In this document: positions 17,890 to 27,925 of the stretch, piece by piece
How positions within the stretch are numbered: the stretch's first letter is position 1
Layout of the letters: every line of letters starts with the position of its first letter
Source: Patescibacteria group bacterium
Lineage (GTDB): Bacteria; Patescibacteriota; Patescibacteriia; JBAZBY01
NCBI GenBank assembly: GCA_041671225.1
Contig: JBAZBY010000001.1
Location: forward strand, 763,454-827,453
DNA: 64,000 nt
Direction: 5' to 3'
Program-made: the position numbers and the translations under genes
Notes under the pieces: model-generated
Database searches by the model: none
Told to the model about the DNA's origin: nothing
Seen by the model: only the letters and a program-made list of their open reading frames with translations

Positions 17890-19653
17890 ATGCGTATTTT
17901 CCGCTTTGTACTTCCATCAATTGTTCTGTGTTTGTTATTACTGCTGCCGTCTGCTGCGCATGCCGGTGAAAATTCTGAATATGGCGCCACGACCATTGCA
18001 ACAAGCAGGGGTGCGTTTGGTATCCATTATGTTCGCATCAGTCTCGCCAATCCCAATTTGCGCATATACTCTCTCACCGGCACTTCCGGGACTTGCACCC
18101 AGTGCGTCACCAAACCGCTCGCAAGCTATGTACAGGAGGTGAATGGTTTTGCCGGCATCCACGGGAGCTACTTTTGCCCGTCAGATTACGCGTCGTGCTC
18201 CGGTCAGGAGGGTTCATATTATTGGATGTGGTACAACACGCTCACCAAGATCATGGCCAATGCAACGCAGAATCAGTACAACACCGGCGGCTCGCTCGTT
18301 GCGTTCGATGCGAACAACACCGCGCACGTCTACCGTACCGCACCGGGGTTTGCGTCCAAGGATGCGTTTGAAGACCAGTACGGCGCCACATTGCAGGCAT
18401 TGTTCTCCAACGGTCCGGGACTCATCTACAATGGCGAGAACATCACCGAGACGTTCGGACTTGATGAAAAGCAGCGCACGGTGAAGGGTGCTCGCGGCGG
18501 CGTGGGGTTCAAGGGTAATGATATGTACTTGGTGATCGCATCCGGTGCGACGGTCATCGACCTCGGCGCCATCATGCAGACCATGGGCATGTCCTATGCG
18601 GTGAATCTGGACGGCGGGGGAACGTCTGCGCTTTGGTATGACGGCGGATATAAAGTGGGGCCGGGGCGCAACATGCCAAACGCCATCGTGTTCGCAGAAG
18701 CGGGCAGCGCCACGCCGGCACCCACTGCAGCAAAGGGCACCGGATTCTTTGCATACAGCGAGCAGCTCCGCGGCGGCTTTGATGTTGCAAGCGGGAACGT
18801 GACCGGGGACAGCGCGGATGAGATCGTCATGGGAACGAGCAGCGGGTTCGGGCCGCATGTGCAGGTGCTGAACGCCGAGGGCACAGTGCGCTCGTCATTC
18901 TTCGCGTTCAATGATGCGCATCGCAACGGCGTCCGCGTGGCGGTGTGTGATGTGGACAACGACGGCATTGGCGAGATCCTTGCTGCAGAAGGCCCGGGCC
19001 AGCTTCCGCGCGTGCGCATCTTCACGGCCGCGGGCGCGCTCATTCGCGAATTCCCCGTGCTTGACGGCCGCTTTACCGGCGGGGTGCATGTGTCCTGTGG
19101 GGACACGGATGGCAATGGCACGCCGGAGGTCATTGCTTCCGCAAGTCCCGGGGGCGGTCCGCACATCATGGTATACACCGCGACCGGGAAGGCAATTGTG
19201 AACTTCTTTGCGTATGACCCGTCATTCCGCGGCGGCGTGAACGTGATGGCAACGGACATCGATGGGGACGGTCATGATGAGATCGTCACCGGTCCGGATG
19301 TGGGCGCACCGCACGTGCAGATATTCCAGATACGTCCGGGCGGCGTGCACAGGCTTTCTCCGGGGTTCTATGCCTATGATCAGTCATTCCGCGGCGGCGT
19401 TGATGTTGCCGGTGCAGATCTGGATGGCGACGGCGTGCAAGAACTCATTGTTGCGCCTGGCACAGGGTTAAGCCCGCTCATCAAGGCATACACCATCCGC
19501 GAAGTGCTGACAGATTCCTTTTATGCGTTCGCACCAACCTTCCTTGGCGGAGTGAACATGGCCGGCGGAGATGTGAATGGGGACGGTAAAGATGAGGTGA
19601 TCATCGTGCCGCGCAGCGGCGGCGGACCGCAAGTGCGCAGCATCTCGCGGTAG
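17890..19653 (+). CDS. Phosphodiester glycosidase (NAGPA-like) domain plus FG-GAP repeats, secreted
   Basis: AVNLDGGGTS and R.MPNAI motifs; multiple GDxxGDGxDE repeats; signal peptide. Confidence 0.82.
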   Translation: MRIFRFVLPSIVLCLLLLLPSAAHAGENSEYGATTIATSRGAFGIHYVRISLANPNLRIYSLTGTSGTCTQCVTKPLASYVQEVNGFAGIHGSYFCPSDYASCSGQEGSYYWMWYNTLTKIMANATQNQYNTGGSLVAFDANNTAHVYRTAPGFASKDAFEDQYGATLQALFSNGPGLIYNGENITETFGLDEKQRTVKGARGGVGFKGNDMYLVIASGATVIDLGAIMQTMGMSYAVNLDGGGTSALWYDGGYKVGPGRNMPNAIVFAEAGSATPAPTAAKGTGFFAYSEQLRGGFDVASGNVTGDSADEIVMGTSSGFGPHVQVLNAEGTVRSSFFAFNDAHRNGVRVAVCDVDNDGIGEILAAEGPGQLPRVRIFTAAGALIREFPVLDGRFTGGVHVSCGDTDGNGTPEVIASASPGGGPHIMVYTATGKAIVNFFAYDPSFRGGVNVMATDIDGDGHDEIVTGPDVGAPHVQIFQIRPGGVHRLSPGFYAYDQSFRGGVDVAGADLDGDGVQELIVAPGTGLSPLIKAYTIREVLTDSFYAFAPTFLGGVNMAGGDVNGDGKDEVIIVPRSGGGPQVRSISR

Positions 19654-19657
19654 TTTT

Positions 19658-19707
19658 CTGTCATTCCCGCCCCGGCCTTCGCCGGGGTAAAATTCAGCGG
19701 GGATCAA
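19658..19707. repeat. REP-like palindrome (GTCATTCCCGC..GCGGG type) with internal hairpin
   Basis: ctgtcattcccgc-cccggccttcgccgggg..-gcggggatc. Confidence 0.55.
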
Positions 19708-19771
19708 TGTATTCTGTCACCCCGAAAGCCTTTCTGTGGTATGATAGAGCAGGTTTCTTCTTCGAGGCATT

Positions 19772-21919
19772 ATGCTGAATCCAATGGTCACAGAGGCGAC
19801 AAAAACACGACGGAAAATCTCTCAACGCGTGAGCATGATGCTGGTGCTTGGATTCGGCGCGATGGCCGTTGCCGCGCTCGCACTCAGTATCCGTGCCATT
19901 CCGTCCGGCAAGTCCGCCGCACGCGTGGTCTCCGTGCATGAGCGTCTTGTAATTGCCGCAGAGAATATCCAGAATGCCGCAGCCGCTGGGCGCCAGAATG
20001 AGGCAGTGCAGTTTGCACAGAAGAGGCGCATGCTGCTGGCAAATCTTGCAAAGCGCAGTCCGCAGCAATTCCGCATTGAAGCCATCGCAACCGCGCCTGA
20101 CGGTGCATCATTGCCAGCGGACGTTGTGGCGCTCACGGAAACCGCGGAAACCCTCACCGGAACCGTCGCCCGGTATCTTTTTGATGACAGTGAAAACCAG
20201 ACTTCCGCTTTTTATACAACACTGCTGACCGATACAGGGGTGCCATATGTGATGATCGGCGAGGATGCCGCGCTTTCCGCGCTCGACACCGCGCAACGCG
20301 CGACCATCACCGGGATCGCGCTCCCGGCAAGCGATACGGAGGGCGCGTTGCTCATTCCCAATGCCGCAGATGGCATCACTGTTGATAAGGAGCTCCTCCT
20401 CACTGCGACTGCCGAGGCAGGCACGGTGAGAACCCAGCGCGTGCTCGCGCTGTTGATGACCTTCCACAACGACCACAGAGAACCCCGCACCCGCGAAGAG
20501 ATAAGTACGACGATGTACCAAGGACTCATCAGCCTCAGCCAGAGCGCGTATGATCGTATTCAGTTCACCTGGGAGAGCCCCGGAGATATCATTGGCTGGT
20601 TCGATGCGCGCGATGCATCAGGCGCGGTGGACCTGCCGACGGTCTGCCCGCCCGGAGGCGCGCTTGCATTCGCCGATGATCTGCTCTCCTGGGCACAGTT
20701 CGGCGCGCAGGATGCAACGGGAGAGAGCATCGATCTCTCACAGTATGACCAAGTGCTGGTCTTCAGCGGCAACGGGAGCCTTCCCTGCAGTTTGCCGACC
20801 GCCTTCACGCGCTATGTCGGCAATACGCAGCACTTCTTCAAGGGGATCTCGGATTTTCTGATCTCCCACGAGGTCGGGCACGGGCTTGAACCCGGTATCG
20901 GCGTGGATCATTATGATTTCTATGCGTGCCCGAGCACCGGCGGCACCCAACAGACATTCACGGATTCCTGTAATAAGGTGGATTACGGCGGCGTGTATAG
21001 CATCATGGGAATGCAGGCAAATGAACTTGGTGCCCAGCACAAAGAACGCCTCGGCATCTTTACCAATGAAGAGATCGCCATTGCCGATGCACCCGGGGTG
21101 TATCAGTTGGTGGGGATGAGCGATACCACAAAGCTGGGGTATCGGACGCTGAAAATCCCGCGGGTCTTCTATCCGCCGGATTTCAGCAATCCGCAATACC
21201 AAAATAAAGTGAGCGAATGGTTCTATCTTGAGTACCGGCCGCGTGTTCGCATGGACAGCACCGTCCCTGCGCAATGGGAAAACGGCGTGCTCGTGTATTA
21301 CAACAGAGCGTCAATACCCCGTTCGGAATCCAGTCTCTTGGATATGCACCCCTCAGGAACGGTGCCCGCAGGCGTCGGCGCAGCGCAGACGGCATTGCAG
21401 GATGCGGCACTCGCAACCGGAGAAAGCTGGACGGATCCGTTGGGCTCGGGCGTGACCATCACCACGCTCGGACTGAACGCCGCGGGATACATGCAGGTGC
21501 AGGTGAGTTATCCGGAGAAGACTGGCCATGGATGCGTTCTTGCTGCACCGACCATCGACGTCGGCAGCGGTTCTGTGATGTACGCGTCAGGCGCAACCGA
21601 GGTGAATATCGGCGCGCGCATCGTCAATAATTTTAAGGAGCAGGAAAACGGATATTGCCCGGCGAAGTTGACTGCGACGTTCACCAAGCCCGTCGGGTTT
21701 GCAGTGCCTTCAAATTCCTATTTAACGCAAACCATACATATTGCACCAGGAGAGAGCAGCTCCGTGAGTACCAAGCTCACGCCTCCCAGCCGTGGCAGTA
21801 CAACGCCATCACTGGTCCACATCACTGTCCAGCCGCTGGGAATTTCCGGGTATGCGGCAAGCGCGGATGTGTCCGTGAGCATGCAGAGCGAACCCACCCA
21901 GCACATCCAGCAGGAGTAG
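19772..21919 (+). CDS. Membrane-anchored zinc metallopeptidase (M6/M11-like)
   Basis: N-terminal TM, HEVGH zincin motif, DYGG.YSIMG Met-turn, HKERLG, YLEYR. Confidence 0.7.
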   Translation: MLNPMVTEATKTRRKISQRVSMMLVLGFGAMAVAALALSIRAIPSGKSAARVVSVHERLVIAAENIQNAAAAGRQNEAVQFAQKRRMLLANLAKRSPQQFRIEAIATAPDGASLPADVVALTETAETLTGTVARYLFDDSENQTSAFYTTLLTDTGVPYVMIGEDAALSALDTAQRATITGIALPASDTEGALLIPNAADGITVDKELLLTATAEAGTVRTQRVLALLMTFHNDHREPRTREEISTTMYQGLISLSQSAYDRIQFTWESPGDIIGWFDARDASGAVDLPTVCPPGGALAFADDLLSWAQFGAQDATGESIDLSQYDQVLVFSGNGSLPCSLPTAFTRYVGNTQHFFKGISDFLISHEVGHGLEPGIGVDHYDFYACPSTGGTQQTFTDSCNKVDYGGVYSIMGMQANELGAQHKERLGIFTNEEIAIADAPGVYQLVGMSDTTKLGYRTLKIPRVFYPPDFSNPQYQNKVSEWFYLEYRPRVRMDSTVPAQWENGVLVYYNRASIPRSESSLLDMHPSGTVPAGVGAAQTALQDAALATGESWTDPLGSGVTITTLGLNAAGYMQVQVSYPEKTGHGCVLAAPTIDVGSGSVMYASGATEVNIGARIVNNFKEQENGYCPAKLTATFTKPVGFAVPSNSYLTQTIHIAPGESSSVSTKLTPPSRGSTTPSLVHITVQPLGISGYAASADVSVSMQSEPTQHIQQE

Positions 21920-21974
21920 GGGTTTTTCAGCCAACGCGTGCTTTTCTCCCTCTGTCACCCTGAGGTTTCTTGCT

Positions 21975-22003
21975 CTGTCATTCCCGCGAAAGCGGGAATC
22001 CAG
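21975..22003. repeat. REP-like palindrome
   Basis: ctgtcattcccgcgaaagcgggaatccag. Confidence 0.75.
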
Positions 22004-22041
22004 GAGTTGATTTTAGCCGGAAAATGAAGGATGATGAAGCA

Positions 22042-22785
22042 ATGAACGGTACACGGATCATATCACAGGAGCGGCGCAAATTTATTTCCCCAATGTTCCT
22101 GTTAATATTCATACAGGGGCTGCGGTTTCTCGTTGACGCACAGTATATCTGGGCGGGTCTGCTCATGGCCGCTGGCGTGCTTGGGTATATTGCATACAGA
22201 ATATATTGGAAGGATGCAGAGCCACATTTGCTGCAACAGATCGCACAGCAGTACCACCTCACCGTGCACCAAACGCCCTCGGTTCCAGAGGCCTGGCGAG
22301 AAACAGTCCTCATGACAACGCTGCGTCCGCGGAAAATGTATACGGCCGAAGGCACCATCGAGGGGCACGCTGTTGTGCTCGGTTTTGTGATGGGAACCCA
22401 TGAGAAACGTTCGTTGCTCAGCCGTAAGGTGCAATGGCGCGAGGATTTTTATATCGGCATACGGATCGCACAGGATATTGCGGGATGGCTCGTCGTGGAT
22501 CAGGGCATCCGTGATATTCAAGGCATGGGGACGCGCGTGCAATTGGAAAGTAATGACCTGCACAAGAAGGTGAGCGTTCTTGTTTCAAGTCCACCGCTTG
22601 CCCCGCACATCCTGGACCCGAACGCGATGGCGCTGCTGCTCGATTGGGAATTCTTGCCGGACGTTGAGATTCGGGATTCGCTCGTACTCCTGCGTCTGGA
22701 AATTTCCCGCTATCACCATCGCAAACTGGACTTCCATATCCACAACGCCCTCCGCCTTGCCGCGCAGGTCGAGCGGAATGTGTAG
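22042..22785 (+). CDS. Hypothetical membrane protein
   Basis: Two N-terminal TM segments; start set 6 nt after GATGAT -10 element. Confidence 0.6.
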   Translation: MNGTRIISQERRKFISPMFLLIFIQGLRFLVDAQYIWAGLLMAAGVLGYIAYRIYWKDAEPHLLQQIAQQYHLTVHQTPSVPEAWRETVLMTTLRPRKMYTAEGTIEGHAVVLGFVMGTHEKRSLLSRKVQWREDFYIGIRIAQDIAGWLVVDQGIRDIQGMGTRVQLESNDLHKKVSVLVSSPPLAPHILDPNAMALLLDWEFLPDVEIRDSLVLLRLEISRYHHRKLDFHIHNALRLAAQVERNV

Positions 22786-22922
22786 CATCCCGTGGAGTTG
22801 ATTTTACGGGGTAAATGGGGGATTAAAGGAGCTGATTCTGTACAATATAGTGAATCTATGTCATTTTTTGTTTATATTCACTCTATATTGACAAAATAGC
22901 GTGAATAGAATATACTGTCTAT

Positions 22923-23813
22923 ATGGCTACCTCCAATCCCTTTCGTCGTCGTATCAAAGAACTCAAAGAAGAGTTCGACCGTTTGCGTCCGGGCAAGGAA
23001 TCCTTGCTGAACATCATTGATGAAGCAGAGTTGCCGGAAAGCGTGTATAACTCGAACGCGATAGAGAATTCCACGCTGACACTGAAGGAAACCGAGAAGA
23101 TCCTTCTGCAAATGGAGCTTTCGCGCGAGGTGGACCTGCGGGAAGTCTTTGAAGCCAAGAACCTGGCACGCGTCATGGAATATGTCCGTGGCAAAGCGGC
23201 GCAGTCGGAGATCACCAAAGAGCTGATGCTTCTCCTGCACCAGATGTTGCTCCTGAACATCAAAGACGCCATTGCCGGGCGGTTCCGGCAAAAGGGCGAG
23301 TATGTCCGCATCGGTACGCATATTGCCCCTGCGCCAGAAAAGGTGGAACAGATGATTGATGCACTCTTGGTCGATTTTTCCAGCGATCAGGAAAGCTATG
23401 TGACAGACAAGATCGCCAGATTCCATTTGGATTTCGAGACCATCCATCCCTTTAACGACGGCAATGGACGCATTGGCCGCGTGCTCATGAATTTCCAATT
23501 CCTCCGCTTTGGTTTTCCTATGGTGGTCTTGCGCGATAAGGAGAAGCGAGCGTACTACCGCGCGTTCCAGGAATATGAAGGTACAAAGGCAACAAAGCCG
23601 ATGGAGCGGTTCGTTGTGCTCGCGCTCATTGAATCACTGCATAAGCGGGTGACATATCTGCGCGGTGAAAAGATCATCGCCTTAGCGGAGTATGCAAAAA
23701 TACATGCACAAAAAATGCCTGCATTGTTGAACGCCGCACGTCGTCAGACCATCCCAGCATTCCGCGAGCGCGGCGTTTGGAAGATCGGTGCGGAGTATAC
23801 GAATGCAGAGTAA
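22923..23813 (+). CDS. Fic-family protein
   Basis: SNAIENS inhibitory-helix region, HPFNDGNGRIGR catalytic motif. Confidence 0.92.
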   Translation: MATSNPFRRRIKELKEEFDRLRPGKESLLNIIDEAELPESVYNSNAIENSTLTLKETEKILLQMELSREVDLREVFEAKNLARVMEYVRGKAAQSEITKELMLLLHQMLLLNIKDAIAGRFRQKGEYVRIGTHIAPAPEKVEQMIDALLVDFSSDQESYVTDKIARFHLDFETIHPFNDGNGRIGRVLMNFQFLRFGFPMVVLRDKEKRAYYRAFQEYEGTKATKPMERFVVLALIESLHKRVTYLRGEKIIALAEYAKIHAQKMPALLNAARRQTIPAFRERGVWKIGAEYTNAE

Positions 23814-23857
23814 TACAATCGAGCGCCCAGCTTTCCCTCTCTGTCATTCCTCCCACT

Positions 23858-23885
23858 TGTCATTCCCGCGCATGCGGGAATCCAG
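23858..23885. repeat. REP-like palindrome
   Basis: tgtcattcccgcgcatgcgggaatccag. Confidence 0.75.
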
Positions 23886-23923
23886 GAGTTGATTTTGTCT
23901 GCGCAATGTTAGATGATGTCCCC

Positions 23924-24523
23924 ATGCACACACCCATCACCGCCGCCATCTTTGATCTCAACGGCGTCTTTATCGTGAGTCCAAAACTGTCCGACCGCTT
24001 TGCGGAAGTCTATGGCGTGCCGCAGGAACAATTCCTGCCCGCCTTGCAGCATGTGCTGGATGTTGCGCGCATGCCGAATGCCGGCAGCAGCTTCGCACTC
24101 TGGAAGCCATATCTGGACCAATGGCATGTTGAACTTTCTGAGCAGGCGTTCTTCGATTTCTGGTTCTCAGCAGAGCAGGAGAACACGGCCATGATAGCGC
24201 TTGCGCGGGAATTAAAGGATCGTGGTATGCGGCTATTTGTGCTTTCCAATAACTTCCGCGAGCGCACGGAGTATTACCGCAGCCACTTCCCATTCCTCGC
24301 AGAATTGTTCACGTTTATATATTTTTCTTGGGAGCAGGGGTATGTGAAGCCGGACCCGCGTGCCTGGGAATGGCTCATCCAGAACACCGGCGTGGTTCCC
24401 AACGAGACACTGTATATGGATGACAAAGAGGAGAATTGCACCGTGGCGGCGAGTTTGGGTTTTTCGGTATTGGGAGCGATGGATACAGAGGAAATTCGGA
24501 AAGTGGTGGGGATTGAGGGTTGA
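23924..24523 (+). CDS. HAD-family hydrolase (YihX-like)
   Basis: IFDLNGV, LSNN, KPDPRA, YMDD. Confidence 0.85.
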   Translation: MHTPITAAIFDLNGVFIVSPKLSDRFAEVYGVPQEQFLPALQHVLDVARMPNAGSSFALWKPYLDQWHVELSEQAFFDFWFSAEQENTAMIALARELKDRGMRLFVLSNNFRERTEYYRSHFPFLAELFTFIYFSWEQGYVKPDPRAWEWLIQNTGVVPNETLYMDDKEENCTVAASLGFSVLGAMDTEEIRKVVGIEG

Positions 24524-24554
24524 AAAAGTGGGGGATATGCGCGATGATTCCCCC

Positions 24555-25187
24555 ATGCTTCTTCTCTGTTCAAACGGCCCGGTCGCCCTGAAAGCGATCC
24601 CGGGCATACTCGGCACACCCGTGCAGGATATCCGCCTGCTCTACGTGTTCACTGCCGCCAAGGTGGCACGGGACCGGACGTATCTTGGGCCGGTGGAGGC
24701 GTGTCTTCAAGAGATGCCATACCAGCTCCGCCGCTTTGATATCCAAGGGAAGACGGAGCAGGACATCGATGCGGCGCTTGCGGCCTGTGATGCCGTGTAC
24801 GTGGAAGGCGGCAATCCGTTCTTCCTTCTGCAGGCCGTTCGGGACAGCGGGTTTGCACAGGCAGTACAACGCTTTCTTGCACAGGGGAAGCTGTATGCCG
24901 GTGCCAGCGCTGGTGCATATATCGCATGCCCCACCATTGCCATGGCAACATGGAGAAAACCGGGGGATGAAAAACCGCAGCATGGCGTCACGGAGTATAC
25001 CGCGATGCACCTTGTGCCGTTCCTTGTTGTGGCGCATTACACCCCCAAGCGTGCGGATGACGTGCGGAATGGCATGCAGCACACCACGTTGCCGGTCCGC
25101 CTTCTGCAGGATGGCCAGGGTCTGTTGGTGAATGATGATGGCAGTGTGGAGTTTTTTGGAGAAGGGGAAGAGGGGCGGTTGGAGTAA
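24555..25187 (+). CDS. Peptidase E / S51 family
   Basis: VYVEGGNPFFL, GASAGA nucleophile elbow, VAHY. Confidence 0.85.
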   Translation: MLLLCSNGPVALKAIPGILGTPVQDIRLLYVFTAAKVARDRTYLGPVEACLQEMPYQLRRFDIQGKTEQDIDAALAACDAVYVEGGNPFFLLQAVRDSGFAQAVQRFLAQGKLYAGASAGAYIACPTIAMATWRKPGDEKPQHGVTEYTAMHLVPFLVVAHYTPKRADDVRNGMQHTTLPVRLLQDGQGLLVNDDGSVEFFGEGEEGRLE

Positions 25188-25202
25188 GGTGCGCCCTCCT
25201 TT

Positions 25203-25265
25203 CTGTCATTCCCGCGTAGGCGGGAATCCATCCGCTCTGTCATTCCGGCCTTGAGCCGGAATCCA
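25203..25265. repeat. Tandem REP-like palindromes
   Basis: ctgtcattcccgcgtaggcgggaatcca followed by ctgtcattccggccttgagccggaatcca. Confidence 0.75.
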
Positions 25266-25338
25266 TTCATTTACTTTACCCGCCGGAGCGAAGCGTAGGA
25301 GGGTTGATTTTAAGGGGGAAATGGGGGATGATGGATTT

Positions 25339-25935
25339 ATGACTGAGGTCTATTCACTTATTAAGGGAGTTGTAAAGAAGATTCGCGATGGACTTTTTTT
25401 GGCATCTAGTAGGACGACCGGGGAACAATACATAGAACCCTTTATTCGCAAGAAATATAATCTTAAAGATCCGACGGGCAATGACTATGATGGGATGGAT
25501 CAAGCGGGAAAAAAATACGAGATTAAGACGTGCAAAGTTTTAAGGGAGACAGGAAACGACAAAAAAACAAAATCCATTCTAGATCGTATACTTTTTGAAA
25601 GTACAAATTTAGAAACGAAAAGGCTCGTGGTTTTTAGGGACCGCGAAACGGCAAAGTACTTAGCAAATGTTCAAAACGTCAAGAGGGATCATTTTGATTA
25701 TCTCATCTACGTTTTACTATTTGCGGACTGTGTGAAAATATTTTGGGCCAAGAGGGAAGAGATTAACACCAAAGATTTTTCTCGTTGGAGTGACAAGCAT
25801 GGTCGCTATGATGCACTTGGTAAGAGTGGTCAATTTGGGATAGATAAAAACAATATATGGTGGCATCTGCAGAATCATCTCAAAGACACTGTATCCTATG
25901 ATGAAATGAGAAAAGTGTATACTGAGCTCTCCTAA
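25339..25935 (+). CDS. Putative type II restriction endonuclease
   Basis: YD..YEIK PD-(D/E)xK-like motif; translationally coupled to a methyltransferase; AT-rich. Confidence 0.55.
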   Translation: MTEVYSLIKGVVKKIRDGLFLASSRTTGEQYIEPFIRKKYNLKDPTGNDYDGMDQAGKKYEIKTCKVLRETGNDKKTKSILDRILFESTNLETKRLVVFRDRETAKYLANVQNVKRDHFDYLIYVLLFADCVKIFWAKREEINTKDFSRWSDKHGRYDALGKSGQFGIDKNNIWWHLQNHLKDTVSYDEMRKVYTELS

Positions 25936-27572
25936 TGAATGGTGTGATCGCGAGAAATACCACCATACAAAATCGCTCAAAACAACAAAGGCTAAGTTCT
26001 GAGCACGTCATTCCTTTTCAGAATGTAAAGGGAGTTGGAGTTGTAAGTTTTTTGCAGTCTTTGAATTTTTTCACTAAGCCAAAGGAGCAAATTTTATTCT
26101 CGATTGGTTGCCATTTGCTAAAAAAAAATAGAAATCCCGCAGTGAGGAAATTTTTAGCAGAGTACGATTATGAAATTCTCGATATCCAAAATATACCCGA
26201 GAATACATTTGATCTTTTGGGTTCGATCTATCAGTTTCTCAACACAAAGAAGGAGAACTTAGAGAAGGGATCATTTTATACTGGCTCTGAAATAGCAAAG
26301 GATTTTGTTAATGATCTGGATTTTTCCTCCGGGCAGATCATTTTTGATCCTGCATGCGGATCTGGTTCATTCCTATTTAATTCCAATGCACCTGCTGAGC
26401 AAATAGTTGGAGTTGACTCTGATCCTATTGCCATCATGATTGCAAAATTTAACTACTTCATTAAGTTTCCCAGATCCCAAGAGCCAAGGCTATTCTGCTA
26501 TGATTTTTTTGATTGGTTTCCCGACAACCGTAAAATAAAATTCGATTATGTTATTAGTAATCCGCCATACGGCGCAAACCTAGATCTGTCTAGAATTCCA
26601 ACTCAATTTGTATCGTCAGGAGAAAGTTTTTCGTATTTCATTGAGTTTGGATATCAACTTCTGAAGAGCGGAGGAGTATTGAGATTTTTATTGCCAGAGG
26701 CAATTTTGAATGTAAAGCGACATACAGATATAAGAGACTTTATACTCGATCAGACTAACTTAAGGAAGATAAAAAGATATTCAAAGAAGTTTTCGGGAGT
26801 AATGTCTGATGTGTATATGATAGAGCTTGATCGTGGCCATGGCCACAAGATGTTATTTATTAATGATGTGACAACAGTCATACCAAAGAAAATATTTAGG
26901 GATTTTAAAAATCACATTCTTGTTCATTTAAATGAACAAGACATAACGATCATCGAGAAGGTGGATCGACTTAAGAGACATGATCTTTCAAATAGTATTT
27001 TTGGGTTAGGAGTGGTGACTGGCGATAATATGTCTAAACTTCTGGACAAGAGAATACCGGGCTCGGAGCCCATCTATACAGGAAAAGAGGTTAATAAGTA
27101 TAAGTTACTCACGCCCAGAAATTATCTGGTTTTTGATAGGGAGAAATTACAGCAGGTTGCTCCTGATGAAATATACAGAGCACCAAAGAAATTAGTGTAC
27201 AAGACAATCAATAAATTTTTGAAGGTTGCTCTCGATACGACGCGATCTCTAACAACAAATAGTGCCAACATAGTGATTCCAAGGGTTCCGGAGTTAGATA
27301 TTTATGTGCTGATGGCATTTTTGAATTCTGACCTTTACTCTTATCTAAATTTAAAGTTATTTGGTGGTGTTAACAAAATCGCAAAAGAAAATCTAATGGC
27401 ATTGCCCTTCCCAGGTATTTCAAAAACAGAGAATACCGTGATTAAAAATCTAGTCAAAGATGCTATCAAGAAAGGAAATGATGAATATCTGCAAAAGTAC
27501 ATTAATAAGAAAATTTTTAAGTTATCTGAACGAGAGATTGCTTATATTAAAGGTTTTGTAACAAAAAAATAA
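25935..27572 (+). CDS. N6-adenine DNA methyltransferase (gamma class, TaqI/Eco57I-like)
   Basis: GSFYT, FDPACGSGSFL, ISNPPYG, C-terminal TaqI-C-like region (LNSDL). Confidence 0.88.
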   Translation: MNGVIARNTTIQNRSKQQRLSSEHVIPFQNVKGVGVVSFLQSLNFFTKPKEQILFSIGCHLLKKNRNPAVRKFLAEYDYEILDIQNIPENTFDLLGSIYQFLNTKKENLEKGSFYTGSEIAKDFVNDLDFSSGQIIFDPACGSGSFLFNSNAPAEQIVGVDSDPIAIMIAKFNYFIKFPRSQEPRLFCYDFFDWFPDNRKIKFDYVISNPPYGANLDLSRIPTQFVSSGESFSYFIEFGYQLLKSGGVLRFLLPEAILNVKRHTDIRDFILDQTNLRKIKRYSKKFSGVMSDVYMIELDRGHGHKMLFINDVTTVIPKKIFRDFKNHILVHLNEQDITIIEKVDRLKRHDLSNSIFGLGVVTGDNMSKLLDKRIPGSEPIYTGKEVNKYKLLTPRNYLVFDREKLQQVAPDEIYRAPKKLVYKTINKFLKVALDTTRSLTTNSANIVIPRVPELDIYVLMAFLNSDLYSYLNLKLFGGVNKIAKENLMALPFPGISKTENTVIKNLVKDAIKKGNDEYLQKYINKKIFKLSEREIAYIKGFVTKK

Positions 27573-27580
27573 TAATTTTC

Positions 27581-27609
27581 TTGACGCCCCTTCCAGCGGA
27601 GCGTATGGT
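27581..27609 (+). promoter_or_regulatory. Sigma70-like promoter module, copy 1
   Basis: TTGACG-N17-TATGGT; near-identical flanks to 28369-28397. Confidence 0.6.
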
Positions 27610-27652
27610 TGTAATATTGTAGGAGTAATTGTTAATATCCAAAGAATTCACC

Positions 27653-27925
27653 ATGAGATGCTACATTCTCACATATGAGAATAAGTCAGGGTTTGATGAG
27701 GCACGATTGATTCAGACGATCAAGGATTATGGAACCTGGGCTCACATAAATGGAAATGCCTGGGCATTTTTAAGTGATAAACCTGCATCTCAGCTTCGTG
27801 ATGAATTTAGGGCCATGGTCAACGAAAGCGATAGCGTTTTTGTTATAAAGACGGGCGTTGAGGCAGCTTGGTCAAATACACACGCTGAATCAAGCTGGTT
27901 ACGCAAATACCTTTTGTATGGTTGA
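27653..27925 (+). CDS. Small Cas2/VapD-like ferredoxin-fold protein (tentative)
   Basis: YILTY, IKDYGTWAHI..NAW, QLRD..D.VFVI pattern. Confidence 0.5.
   Translation: MRCYILTYENKSGFDEARLIQTIKDYGTWAHINGNAWAFLSDKPASQLRDEFRAMVNESDSVFVIKTGVEAAWSNTHAESSWLRKYLLYG

Noticed and set aside
18740-19640. Repeated DNA motifs (for example tcattccgcggcggcgt)
   Set aside because: Explained by FG-GAP protein repeats.
19658-25265. CRISPR array or integron attC array
   Set aside because: The palindromes are separated by whole genes rather than ~30-nt spacers, no clear attC RYYYAAC/GTTRRRY ends were seen, and there is no cas operon or integron integrase in the window.
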